A DNA stretch of 29,275 nt from Oscillospiraceae bacterium (GCA_902782805.1 CACZON010000004.1:1-29275); one strand, 5' to 3'; positions 17,856-25,751 are shown, counted from the first letter of the stretch. The notes: generated from the sequence alone by a model not told the origin. Made by a program: numbers and translations.

Positions 17856-19013
17856 TTATCGTCTAATGATCTGCATATCCTCATCGATGCCGCGCAGCAT
17901 CCAGACATACTCGCTGTTTGTACCGCCCGCGTAGAAATACGTCTTCCGGTAATTGCCGTCCTGAAGCGTTTCAACGGTATACAGGCGGTTTTCCTGTTCC
18001 GCGATCTTGACCGGTATCAGCCAGACGTTGGAAAGATCGATATATGTTCCGGAATAAGAGGAAGAATACGCCTTGGAGATCGGTTCGATCAGCGAAGAAT
18101 CGTTCACCGAAAGCAGGATCGCCTCCGCTGCCGGCGTCATTCCGAGGATCGTATTGAGCTTGATGCCGGGATGATCCGCAAAAAGGACGTTGGCGGAAAC
18201 CACCTTTGCGTCTGCCTTCGAATTGGTGCTTCCTTTGCCGTAAGTGATCGTTACGTCCTGATTGTACTGGAACAACCGCGGGGAATTGTCGCCGTAAAAC
18301 AGGCAGTAATCGGGATCGTACATCGTCGCGATCACAATGCCCTCAACACGGTCGCCCGGATTGAGCTTGGCGAGCTGTTTGATCACACCGTCGAACGGCG
18401 CAACCAGAACGGTCTTTGCATATTCATCTTTCAGGCTGTTCAGATTCGTCTGTAAAAGCGAAATCTTCCGGTATTCCTGATTGAGGTACTGCTTTTTCTG
18501 CAGCTCGAGCCGGTCTACGCGCAGCTGCGCAATTTCCTTGTCGAGCGGATCTTCGGTATCTTCCAATGCCTTCTTTGCTTCTTCGATCTGCCCGTCGTAT
18601 CTGGCGACGCCTTCGTTGCAGCGGACCTGTTCTTCGTAGACGGCGACCTCGCGTTTTTTCAGCTCGGATTCGCTCGTCGGAATCTCAAAGGTCGCGATGA
18701 TCTGCCCGCGTTCAACGTGTTCGCCCGTTGTAACCTCGAAAGAAACGAATTTCGCTTCCGGCGTTGTGAACATCAGATCCCTGGTCAGCAGATAATTGAT
18801 CTTGCAGGAACCGCCGAGGGCGGATTTCGTAAAATCGCCCTTTTCGAGCTGATAGATGTCGTCCTGGGAGAGATCGGAAAAATCAATCGTCTCGGTAACC
18901 TTTTCCCCGTCGCTTTCCGAAACCTCCTGGGCATAGACGCCCGAGGAGCCGAGGAACAGCGCGGCAAGCAGGACACAGAGCAGAGCGAACGTTTTTTTCT
19001 TAATCCTTAACAT
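17856..19013 (-). CDS. Membrane-fusion/periplasmic adaptor protein 3 (predicted cleavable signal peptide)
   Basis: N-terminal signal ending VYA|QE; lipoyl-like VTTGEHVERGQIIA; coiled coil; VLVAPFDGVI; C-terminal WMLRGIDEDMQI. Confidence 0.75.
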   Translation of the reverse strand: MLRIKKKTFALLCVLLAALFLGSSGVYAQEVSESDGEKVTETIDFSDLSQDDIYQLEKGDFTKSALGGSCKINYLLTRDLMFTTPEAKFVSFEVTTGEHVERGQIIATFEIPTSESELKKREVAVYEEQVRCNEGVARYDGQIEEAKKALEDTEDPLDKEIAQLRVDRLELQKKQYLNQEYRKISLLQTNLNSLKDEYAKTVLVAPFDGVIKQLAKLNPGDRVEGIVIATMYDPDYCLFYGDNSPRLFQYNQDVTITYGKGSTNSKADAKVVSANVLFADHPGIKLNTILGMTPAAEAILLSVNDSSLIEPISKAYSSSYSGTYIDLSNVWLIPVKIAEQENRLYTVETLQDGNYRKTYFYAGGTNSEYVWMLRGIDEDMQIIRR

Positions 19014-20097
19014 AAATGCGCTCTCCTCCTTCCAGTCCTTCTTTGATTTCCATATAAAGATCGGTTGAGCGTCCGGTCTGAACGTCTCTCCGGGTCATGT
19101 TGTTTTCGTCATCGAGCAGATACACGAACTGCCCCTTTGAATCGCGGAACAGAGAATTGATCGGCACGGCAACGCAGTTGTCCGTACCCTGGGTATAGAG
19201 CAGGATCTTCGCATAATCGCCGGCGTTGAGCGTAGAGGAATCGTCCGTCAGGAAGTAGGAATAAACCGTTTCGCCGGAGATCGCCTTCGCCGTCATCTGT
19301 TCGGAGGTCACTTCCTCGATCCGGAGCGGATAGATGCGGCTGTTGGAATAGGCCTCCATCTTCACGACGTAGCGGATGTAGGAATTCTGGATATACGGGC
19401 CGCGGATCTTAAGTTTGGTATCATCCGCAATCAGGAACGATACCGTTCCGCGCGGAACGCGGTCGCCGAGGATATAACTTCTTGCGTAGACGATCCTTCC
19501 GGAAACCGGAGCGGTGATCGTATCGTTCTCGACCGTCTCCTTGAGGTCGTCGTACTGCTGCTGGAGATAACTGACGTTGAGATACTGCGACTCCTTCTGC
19601 TGGCGGAGCTGAAGATTGAGGCTTTCGATCTCCTGCTCCTTGCGGAGGACATCGACCGCGGAGGGGTTCTCCGCCGCTTTGAGCTTTTCAAGCTCTTTCT
19701 TCGCGATCTTGACGGAGGATTCTACCACGCTGTTTGCGTAGTAGCCGTCTGTGTTGAGATAATTGATCTCGCTCTGGATCGAATCCATCCGCTCCTGCGT
19801 ATTGGAGGTATCATAGCGGAAGAGAACGTCTCCCTCCGTTACCGTATCGCCGATCTGAACGCAGGTTTCGAGCGCGGTTCCGTCGAACTGCGTTTCGATC
19901 TCTGTCAGCTCCGGAACGACGACGCCTTCATACTGGCGGAAATTGTAGATATCCATCACCTTGACGATATACGAGGACCGCGTTGCGTTCACCGGCTCCA
20001 GCAGCTCCGGAGGCGTTTCGGACTGGTCCGAAGAGCTGCATCCGGCGAACGCGAACAGAATCGCGGCGAGTAACAAGGCTGCAATTTTCTTTTTCAT
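19000..20097 (-). CDS. Membrane-fusion/periplasmic adaptor protein 2 (lipoprotein)
   Basis: Lipobox FAG|C; VQIGDTVTEGDVL; coiled coil; ITAPVSGRI; VAVPINSL...VQTGRSTDLYMEIKEGLEGGERI. Confidence 0.88.
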   Translation of the reverse strand: MKKKIAALLLAAILFAFAGCSSSDQSETPPELLEPVNATRSSYIVKVMDIYNFRQYEGVVVPELTEIETQFDGTALETCVQIGDTVTEGDVLFRYDTSNTQERMDSIQSEINYLNTDGYYANSVVESSVKIAKKELEKLKAAENPSAVDVLRKEQEIESLNLQLRQQKESQYLNVSYLQQQYDDLKETVENDTITAPVSGRIVYARSYILGDRVPRGTVSFLIADDTKLKIRGPYIQNSYIRYVVKMEAYSNSRIYPLRIEEVTSEQMTAKAISGETVYSYFLTDDSSTLNAGDYAKILLYTQGTDNCVAVPINSLFRDSKGQFVYLLDDENNMTRRDVQTGRSTDLYMEIKEGLEGGERIYVKD

Positions 20098-20110
20098 CGT
20101 GTCCTCCCCA

Positions 20111-21202
20111 TTACTCCAGGATCAGCTCCTGCGAAGCCGTAACTCCGCTTTTGATCTCCGTATATTTATCGTTTGAGATCCCGACTTCAACCGGGATCAT
20201 CGTCAACACGCCGTTTTCATCGAAACCGTAGACAATGCTGCCGTTCGAGGTGGTAACGATTGCCGAAGACAGAACGTAAAGCGTATTTTTCGATTCCTCG
20301 AGTACGAGGTTGATTCTTCCGATTGAGTTCTGATCGAAATCGGCGACCGGATCTTTGAATTCGAAATAGACGACCCCCTCCCTGCCCGGTTCGTTCACAA
20401 CGCCGAACGGTTCGAGATCGACAACTTCGACGCTGTAGATTTCGTCGCCGAGGGTCATATCGTAGATCTGGCCGGGTTTGAAGTTTTCGTGATATTTCGT
20501 TTTCGCCGTAAACATCGAAGTCGCGGTATCCGCTACCGTAACGATCACCTTGCCTTGTTCGCAGAGATCCCGGTTGGTAACGTTTTCCACCGCCGTCACG
20601 GTACCTTCAAAGCCCGCGTGCAGCTGGCGTTCCGCCTTTCTTTGGAGCAGTTCGTTTTTGCGAAGCTGCAAAACCGTAATATTGTTATAGATCGAATTGA
20701 TCCGGTTCTGATAAGAGGAATAGACCTCCGCCGAAGTCTGGACGCTCCCGGCCATCTCCGCCGGCAGGATCTTCCTCAGCGCGTCCGCCTGTTCCGATTT
20801 CAGATCGCGCTCCTGCTGAAGGTGCAACGCGTTGAGATTGGCAACGTCGATCTCATGCTGGTTGCTCGAAATCGAGGCTTCGATCGCGGAGATATCGAGC
20901 TGCGCCAGAAGATCGCCCTCCATAACGTGCTGGCCCTCCGAAACAAAGATCGTGTCGAAAAACTCTCCTTCGAGATCGAAGGCGTAGCCCTCCGTCTTTA
21001 CCGGCTTGTAGGTACACACGACCTCCGTCGTATTCGCGATATCGCCGGCCTGAACGAACGTCGTTTTATAGCTGACGACCTGGTTTTCCACAATTACCGG
21101 CGAATGCTGCAGCTCGTCTTCTTCGGGCAGTAGCGAACACCCGCCGAAAATCTGGAGCGCGGCAAGAAGTCCGACACATGCGGCAGTTGTTTTCTTTTTC
21201 AC
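20111..21202 (-). CDS. Membrane-fusion/periplasmic adaptor protein 1 (lipoprotein)
   Basis: Start moved to GTG 21202 (RBS AAAGGGG): MKKKTTAACVGLLAALQIFGG|CSLLPEE. VSEGQHVMEGDLLA; LHAGFEGTV; VEVGISNDKYTEIKSGV. Confidence 0.86.
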   Translation of the reverse strand: MKKKTTAACVGLLAALQIFGGCSLLPEEDELQHSPVIVENQVVSYKTTFVQAGDIANTTEVVCTYKPVKTEGYAFDLEGEFFDTIFVSEGQHVMEGDLLAQLDISAIEASISSNQHEIDVANLNALHLQQERDLKSEQADALRKILPAEMAGSVQTSAEVYSSYQNRINSIYNNITVLQLRKNELLQRKAERQLHAGFEGTVTAVENVTNRDLCEQGKVIVTVADTATSMFTAKTKYHENFKPGQIYDMTLGDEIYSVEVVDLEPFGVVNEPGREGVVYFEFKDPVADFDQNSIGRINLVLEESKNTLYVLSSAIVTTSNGSIVYGFDENGVLTMIPVEVGISNDKYTEIKSGVTASQELILE

Positions 21203-21236
21203 GCTGTTTTCCCCTTTACTGGTACTCAAAGCAAAT

Positions 21237-21422
21237 TCAGATTTGCTTGTTGACGATGGTATATTCGTTCCCAGCCCGAAAATACGGACAGTCATACTCG
21301 CGATCGGAGAAAAGACGAACGGATTCATCCTCGTCCATATCGATCACGCAGACGTAGTCTTCGAGCTCGGCGTCATATTCGAAATTCATGCAGATATCGC
21401 AGCTTTGAACCTGCTTTTTCAA
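21237..21422 (-). CDS. Small acidic Cys-rich protein (resembles DUF6472 family)
   Basis: 61 aa, TTG start with GGGAAG RBS; CDIC...YVC..DMDEDE...CPYFRAGNEYTIVNKQI. Family name is from recall, not searched. Confidence 0.75.
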   Translation of the reverse strand: MKKQVQSCDICMNFEYDAELEDYVCVIDMDEDESVRLFSDREYDCPYFRAGNEYTIVNKQI

Positions 21423-21523
21423 GGCGATTCACTTCCCGAAAAAACGTATCGCTCCGAAGAAATACCGCCGGAGCAAAACGGCCGTTTGCGAATGGGCACA
21501 AACTCCCACCATAATTGATTTTA

Positions 21524-21552
21524 ATGATACCCTTTTTGTGCATTGTTGTCAA
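21524..21552 (-). promoter_or_regulatory. sigma-A-type promoter of the small-protein/MFP/ABC operon
   Basis: Minus strand TTGACA-17 nt-TATCAT. Confidence 0.78.
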
Positions 21553-21611
21553 TAGAGAACAAAGACCGCTTCGCGTTTTTTATATTCTTTTTTTGAGATA
21601 TCGCCGGCCGG

Positions 21612-21671
21612 AAAAAGCGGAAAACCGGCCCTTTTTCAAAAGGCCGGTTTCTCAAAACAGAGCTCTGTTTT
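21612..21671 (-). terminator. Double hairpin/terminator after the paralogue triplet
   Basis: Perfect 18-bp palindrome AAAACAGAGCTCTGTTTT (21654-21671), then AAACCGGCC-loop-GGCCGGTTTT CCGCTTTTT on the minus strand. Confidence 0.7.
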
Positions 21672-21672
21672 C

Positions 21673-22647
21673 TCAGTAATCAAGGGCAAAGGTCTCCGGA
21701 GCCGCCGTGCGCGACGCATCGGGTACAAAGGAAGGATCGGTCTGCTTCTTCAGTTCGATATGCGGCTCCCCGCGGAAGTAGCTCGCGCTTTTATCCCCGG
21801 AAACGGCAAGATCCTCCTTCTGCCAGACGATGGTCAGGTATGGCAGCGGTTCATTGAGCGTCAGCTTGTAATCCGGCCTGTACGGGGGATGCAGCGTCAG
21901 CCGGACTTTCCCCTCAAATCCTTCGCCGGTCACCGTCGCGAGAATTTTCGCTTCGCCTGTCCCCCCGACGAACGAAAGGAACGCCTCTTCGCTTTCGAGC
22001 GCCTTCTCCAGCGCGGAATCCTGAACCGCGTATTTTTCCCGGAGCTCTTCGTAAACCGCCTTCACGACCGGGTAGAATTCCTCTGTACTCTTCTGATGGG
22101 TGCACCATCCGAACGAAAACAGTTCGCACACCGGATTGTCCCACGCTTTTTGAAGATACAGCTGCCGGACGGAGAACTGAGCGCCGTACATTGAAATATT
22201 CGGATTGATCTTTACGCGGCTGCCTGTCTTTGTGAGGCCTTCAGTGGTAAAAAATTCGTTTTCCAGATCCCAGTCGTTGTGGCATATCCGGTCCTGTTCC
22301 GTGACCATATCCAGGAAAATGGCGTCTTTCGGCACGTTCTTGCCGGCAATTTCTGCGTAAGCCTTTTCCCCGCCGAAGAGGGCCTCGGTATGCTCGATCA
22401 TCGTGCTCTCAATATCATATTCGTAACGCAGCGCGCGCTGTAATCCGAGCAGAGGATAATGATCAAGAATATTCACGATCGTGCACGGGGTAAGTTTGGA
22501 GCGGTCATATGTCTCGGAAGACTCCGTGATGATTCCCTCTCCCATCTGCTCGAGCGCGGCTTCCGCCCGCCCGCTGCAGCCGGAAAAGGAAGTCAGCAGA
22601 ATCGCGGCAAAAAGGAGTATTGCGAGCCATCTCAAACGGTTATTCAT
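21673..22647 (-). CDS. Uncharacterised lipoprotein, 'FALDY' paralogue A
   Basis: Lipobox FSG|C; RBS AAGGAGG; 324 aa; ends PETFALDY; homologous blocks with the next two genes. Confidence 0.85.
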   Translation of the reverse strand: MNNRLRWLAILLFAAILLTSFSGCSGRAEAALEQMGEGIITESSETYDRSKLTPCTIVNILDHYPLLGLQRALRYEYDIESTMIEHTEALFGGEKAYAEIAGKNVPKDAIFLDMVTEQDRICHNDWDLENEFFTTEGLTKTGSRVKINPNISMYGAQFSVRQLYLQKAWDNPVCELFSFGWCTHQKSTEEFYPVVKAVYEELREKYAVQDSALEKALESEEAFLSFVGGTGEAKILATVTGEGFEGKVRLTLHPPYRPDYKLTLNEPLPYLTIVWQKEDLAVSGDKSASYFRGEPHIELKKQTDPSFVPDASRTAAPETFALDY

Positions 22648-22663
22648 TCCTCAGCGCCTCCTT

Positions 22664-23617
22664 TCAGTAATCCAGCGCGAAGTTTTTCGGATTCGCTTCG
22701 CGCACTCTGGAAGCAGATGCTTCTATTTCATGCTTCTCCTCATAAAAGTCTTCTCCGGGGTACGGAGTATTTATGTAATACGTATCGTTTTCCACCCGGT
22801 ACTGTGCGTTGAGAAAGCATACACCGTCGTTGAAAAGCAGTGCATGGTCTGTTTTCTGCCAGACAAACACGGCGTACGGATCTCCTCTTTCGGGAATATG
22901 AACTGTAATGCGCAGCGTTCCCGGGAATGTCTCGGCGACGTAGTCCCCGATGACGGAGTATTCCTGCTTTTCGGTAAAGGGTATCCCGTTATGCCAGATC
23001 TCCGCCTGTTTTTTGTTCGCGTCGACGTACTGCCAGAAACTATCCGCGCTTTCGAGAGCCGATACTGCTGTCCGGGACGTCTCCACCGTAAACTGCCTTG
23101 TAATCTGACCGGCAGTCTCTCGGACCGCGCTGTAAAGTCCGTCGGGCGACGGATCCCGGTAAACGTACGCGGCCCCATGCATGACGCCTTCGCTGATCAG
23201 AAAGCGCGTTTCAAACGAACGACCGTACATTTCGAGCGGCTTGAAACCGTAATCGTAAAGGCTCAGAGCAGATATACCGTCTGAAGGTACCGATCCTTTC
23301 GGGTTCTCCGGATCCCCGCAGTAGAGAGAGGTCCACATCTGCGGTGCTCTGTATTCAGTCTTGTTAACGAGCCATCCAAGGCTGTCCGCAGTGAAATAAT
23401 CCTGCGGGCGGATCCGATCCTGTAAAGTCGCGCGGTCGAACGCGATAACGTTTTCGAGCGTCGGCGTTTTTCGCTCCTGCTCCGGGATCGTTTTCCATCC
23501 CTGCTGATCGGGACGGAAAGGGACCGTGATCCAGGACGTTACAAACAGAACGGCCAATAACGCGAGCGCAAGAAATACGATCAAAATCAACAGCGTATGT
23601 CTCTTTTTCACCTTCAT
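22664..23617 (-). CDS. Uncharacterised N-terminally anchored protein, 'FALDY' paralogue B
   Basis: Basic N-terminus + one TM helix; RBS AGGAGGG; 317 aa; ends PKNFALDY. Confidence 0.87.
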   Translation of the reverse strand: MKVKKRHTLLILIVFLALALLAVLFVTSWITVPFRPDQQGWKTIPEQERKTPTLENVIAFDRATLQDRIRPQDYFTADSLGWLVNKTEYRAPQMWTSLYCGDPENPKGSVPSDGISALSLYDYGFKPLEMYGRSFETRFLISEGVMHGAAYVYRDPSPDGLYSAVRETAGQITRQFTVETSRTAVSALESADSFWQYVDANKKQAEIWHNGIPFTEKQEYSVIGDYVAETFPGTLRITVHIPERGDPYAVFVWQKTDHALLFNDGVCFLNAQYRVENDTYYINTPYPGEDFYEEKHEIEASASRVREANPKNFALDY

Positions 23618-23647
23618 ACAGTTCCCTCCTTTTTTAAATCCGGGATA

Positions 23648-24552
23648 TCAGTAATCAAGAGCAAAGTTTTTCGGATATGTTTGTCTCCCCGAAGTATACT
23701 CGACGCTATTGTTTTCATCGATATAAACGTATTCTCCTTTTTTAATTGGATTCAGGGCGCATCTTTCGTATGCGCTCCCGTAAAAGAAAAGTGTATGTTT
23801 CTTTTCCTGCCAGGCAAATACAGCATAAGGCTGTTCTCCTTCCGGAAGATGAACCGTAACCCTTAGCGTGCCCTGAAAGTTTTCGCCGGTATAGTCTCCA
23901 ATTACGGTGAACGCCTGTTGAGAAACGACTTGTTTTGTGTTGCTCCAGACCTGTGTTTCGTGTTTGCTTTCATCAACAAATGTTCGAAAGCGCTCCGGGC
24001 TTTCGAGTACAGCAAGTACTGCATCGGATGTTTTTAAATCAAACTGCCGGGAAAACTGATCGGTAGTCTCTCGGATTGTTTCGTAAAGCGCATCGACCGA
24101 TTCTGCTCGACAAAGATAAGCGACGGAGTGCACGACGCCTTTGCTTTGAAATTCACTGACCAGAAAACGTATTTCAAAGGAACGGCCGAACATCAGAAAG
24201 GGCTTCTGGCTGCTGTCATAAAGCTTGCTAAACACGGGAATCCAACCTTCCGGATTTGCAGGGTCACCGCAATAGAGTGACGATTGATCCTGCGGGTCAT
24301 TGACATAAACGCCAATGCTTTCCGGGATAAAGTAGTCTTCTGGCCGAATTTTAAACTTCTCGGAAATACGATTATATTCCAACACATTTTCAAGCGTCGG
24401 TTCTTTCCACTCATTTTCAGGGATTTTTTCCCATTCCTTCTTATCGGGATTCAGAGAAATCGTAGTCAAGGAAACGATGACCAGAACGACCAGAAACGCA
24501 AGCACAAAATAAACAATCACAATCAAAAGCGTAGGTTTCTTTTTTCCTTCAT
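23648..24552 (-). CDS. Uncharacterised N-terminally anchored protein, 'FALDY' paralogue C; frameshifted at codon ~4
   Basis: Perfect RBS AAAGGAGG precedes ATG 24552, which is one base out of frame with the long ORF. Adding one A gives MKEKKKPTLL, colinear with paralogue B MKVKKRHTLL. Ends PKNFALDY. The track start (TTG 24577) has no RBS. Confidence 0.75.
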
Positions 24553-24607
24553 GCGGATTCCTCCTTTGGCGGAGCAAGGATTTGACATTCCGTAGATCTC
24601 TGCATTT

Positions 24608-24676
24608 ATTATAGCAAGCAGAGGGAGAAAAAGAAAGCTTTGTTACAAAGCTGTAATTATATTTTACATCTTGTAA
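24608..24676 (-). promoter_or_regulatory. Extended -10 promoter and palindromic operator candidates for the paralogue operon
   Basis: Minus strand TGcTATAAT (24608-24616); perfect inverted repeat AGCTTTGT-T-ACAAAGCT (24636-24652); TTACA-TCT-TGTAA (24664-24676). Confidence 0.55.
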
Positions 24677-24691
24677 CTTTTTGTTTTACGG

Positions 24692-24725
24692 AAAAAGCGG
24701 GGCAGCCGGATCCGGCTGCCCCGCT
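24692..24725 (-). terminator. Rho-independent terminator after ogt
   Basis: Perfect 30-bp palindrome AGCGGGGCAGCCGGATCCGGCTGCCCCGCT followed by a T-run on the minus strand. Confidence 0.85.
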
Positions 24726-24743
24726 CGATCTGTTTTATACCGA

Positions 24744-25214
24744 TTATCGGCAAATCTCATCAGTACCGCGTTTTTCCAGTTCCAGAAGCGCCGCTTTCAG
24801 ATCCAGCCCTGCCGCAAAACCGGTGAGCGCGCCGTTTGCGCCGATGACGCGGTGGCAGGGAATCAGGATCAGGATCGGGTTTTTCCGGTTCGCGGCGCCG
24901 ACCGCCCGTGAGAATCGCTTTCCGCCGAGCGCTTCGGCGATCTCGCCGTAGGATTGCGTCTCGCCGTAAGGAATCGCGCGAAGCGCCTCCCAGACCTTTT
25001 TCTGAAATTCGGTCCCCTTCGGGCAAACCGGCAGATCGAACACGCGGCGTTTTCCGGAAAAGTATTCTTCCAGCTCCTCTGCCGCCTTCCGGCAGAGCTC
25101 GTTCGGTCGGCTCTCGGCGGCGGTTTCGACGCGCTCGATCCGAAGGACCGCCGTCTCGCTGCATTCGATCCGCAAAACAGCTTCTTTTCGTTTGAGATAA
25201 AGGATTCCGTTCAT
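24744..25214 (-). CDS. ogt: Methylated-DNA--protein-cysteine methyltransferase
   Basis: GTEFQKKVWEAL, IPYGETQSYGEIA, RAVGAANRKNP, active site IPCHRVIG. Confidence 0.94.
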   Translation of the reverse strand: MNGILYLKRKEAVLRIECSETAVLRIERVETAAESRPNELCRKAAEELEEYFSGKRRVFDLPVCPKGTEFQKKVWEALRAIPYGETQSYGEIAEALGGKRFSRAVGAANRKNPILILIPCHRVIGANGALTGFAAGLDLKAALLELEKRGTDEICR

Positions 25215-25732
25215 TTCCTTCCCCTCAGGATCGCGATCCGTTCCCGGTAATCCGGGAGGATTTTTTCGATTTCGCGGTAAAACGCCGCGGAATGGTTCGC
25301 CTTGAGCAGATGCGCCAGCTCGTGGACGACAACGTAATCGATCGCTTCTTCCGGATAGGCCATCAACCGCCAGGAAAAACAGATCCCGCCTTTGGCGCTG
25401 CAGGAGCCGAAGCGCGTTTTCGCACCGGTGATCTTCAGCGAGCTCGCCTTGAGCCCCATGCGCTTTTCGTAGAAGGCAAGCTTTCCGGGAAGAATCTCCC
25501 GCGCTTTTTTCCGAAGTTCGGCTTCCCGTTCATCGACCGCTGCGTTGAATACCCGGCGCGCCGCCTGTTTTTCAAGCGCGCTTTCAATCCAGCTTCGGTG
25601 CTTTTCAAGGAACGCTTCGAGTTCCCGTTCGGGGAAACGCCGCGGAACGCGGGCTATCACCTTTCCCTCGCGCGTTATCTCGATCGCGGCGGTGCGGCGG
25701 CCGCTGCGGATCACTTCTACCCGATCATCCAT
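25211..25732 (-). CDS. YgjP/DUF45 (SprT-like/M48) metal-dependent hydrolase
   Basis: RSGRRTAAIEI, KTRFGSCS, YVVVHELAH zincin motif, NHSAAFY. Confidence 0.9.
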   Translation of the reverse strand: MDDRVEVIRSGRRTAAIEITREGKVIARVPRRFPERELEAFLEKHRSWIESALEKQAARRVFNAAVDEREAELRKKAREILPGKLAFYEKRMGLKASSLKITGAKTRFGSCSAKGGICFSWRLMAYPEEAIDYVVVHELAHLLKANHSAAFYREIEKILPDYRERIAILRGRK

Positions 25733-25751
25733 ATTACCTCCGTCGATCGTT

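Noticed and set aside
21673-23675. Shared DNA motif TCAGTAATCxAGxGCxAAG at the 3' ends of the three paralogues as recombination (shufflon/cassette) sites
   Set aside because: Differences fall at synonymous third positions, all copies are direct, and no recombinase is in the window; protein-level conservation explains it.
24539-24552. AAAAAAG as a canonical A_AAA_AAG programmed -1 frameshift site
   Set aside because: Relative to the ATG the codons are GAA AAA AGA, the wrong phase for tandem tRNA-Lys slippage; an indel or slipped-strand event is more plausible.
24696-24725. Perfect 30-bp palindrome as a MITE/REP or att site
   Set aside because: Single copy in the window, directly after the ogt stop and followed by a T-run; an ordinary terminator suffices.
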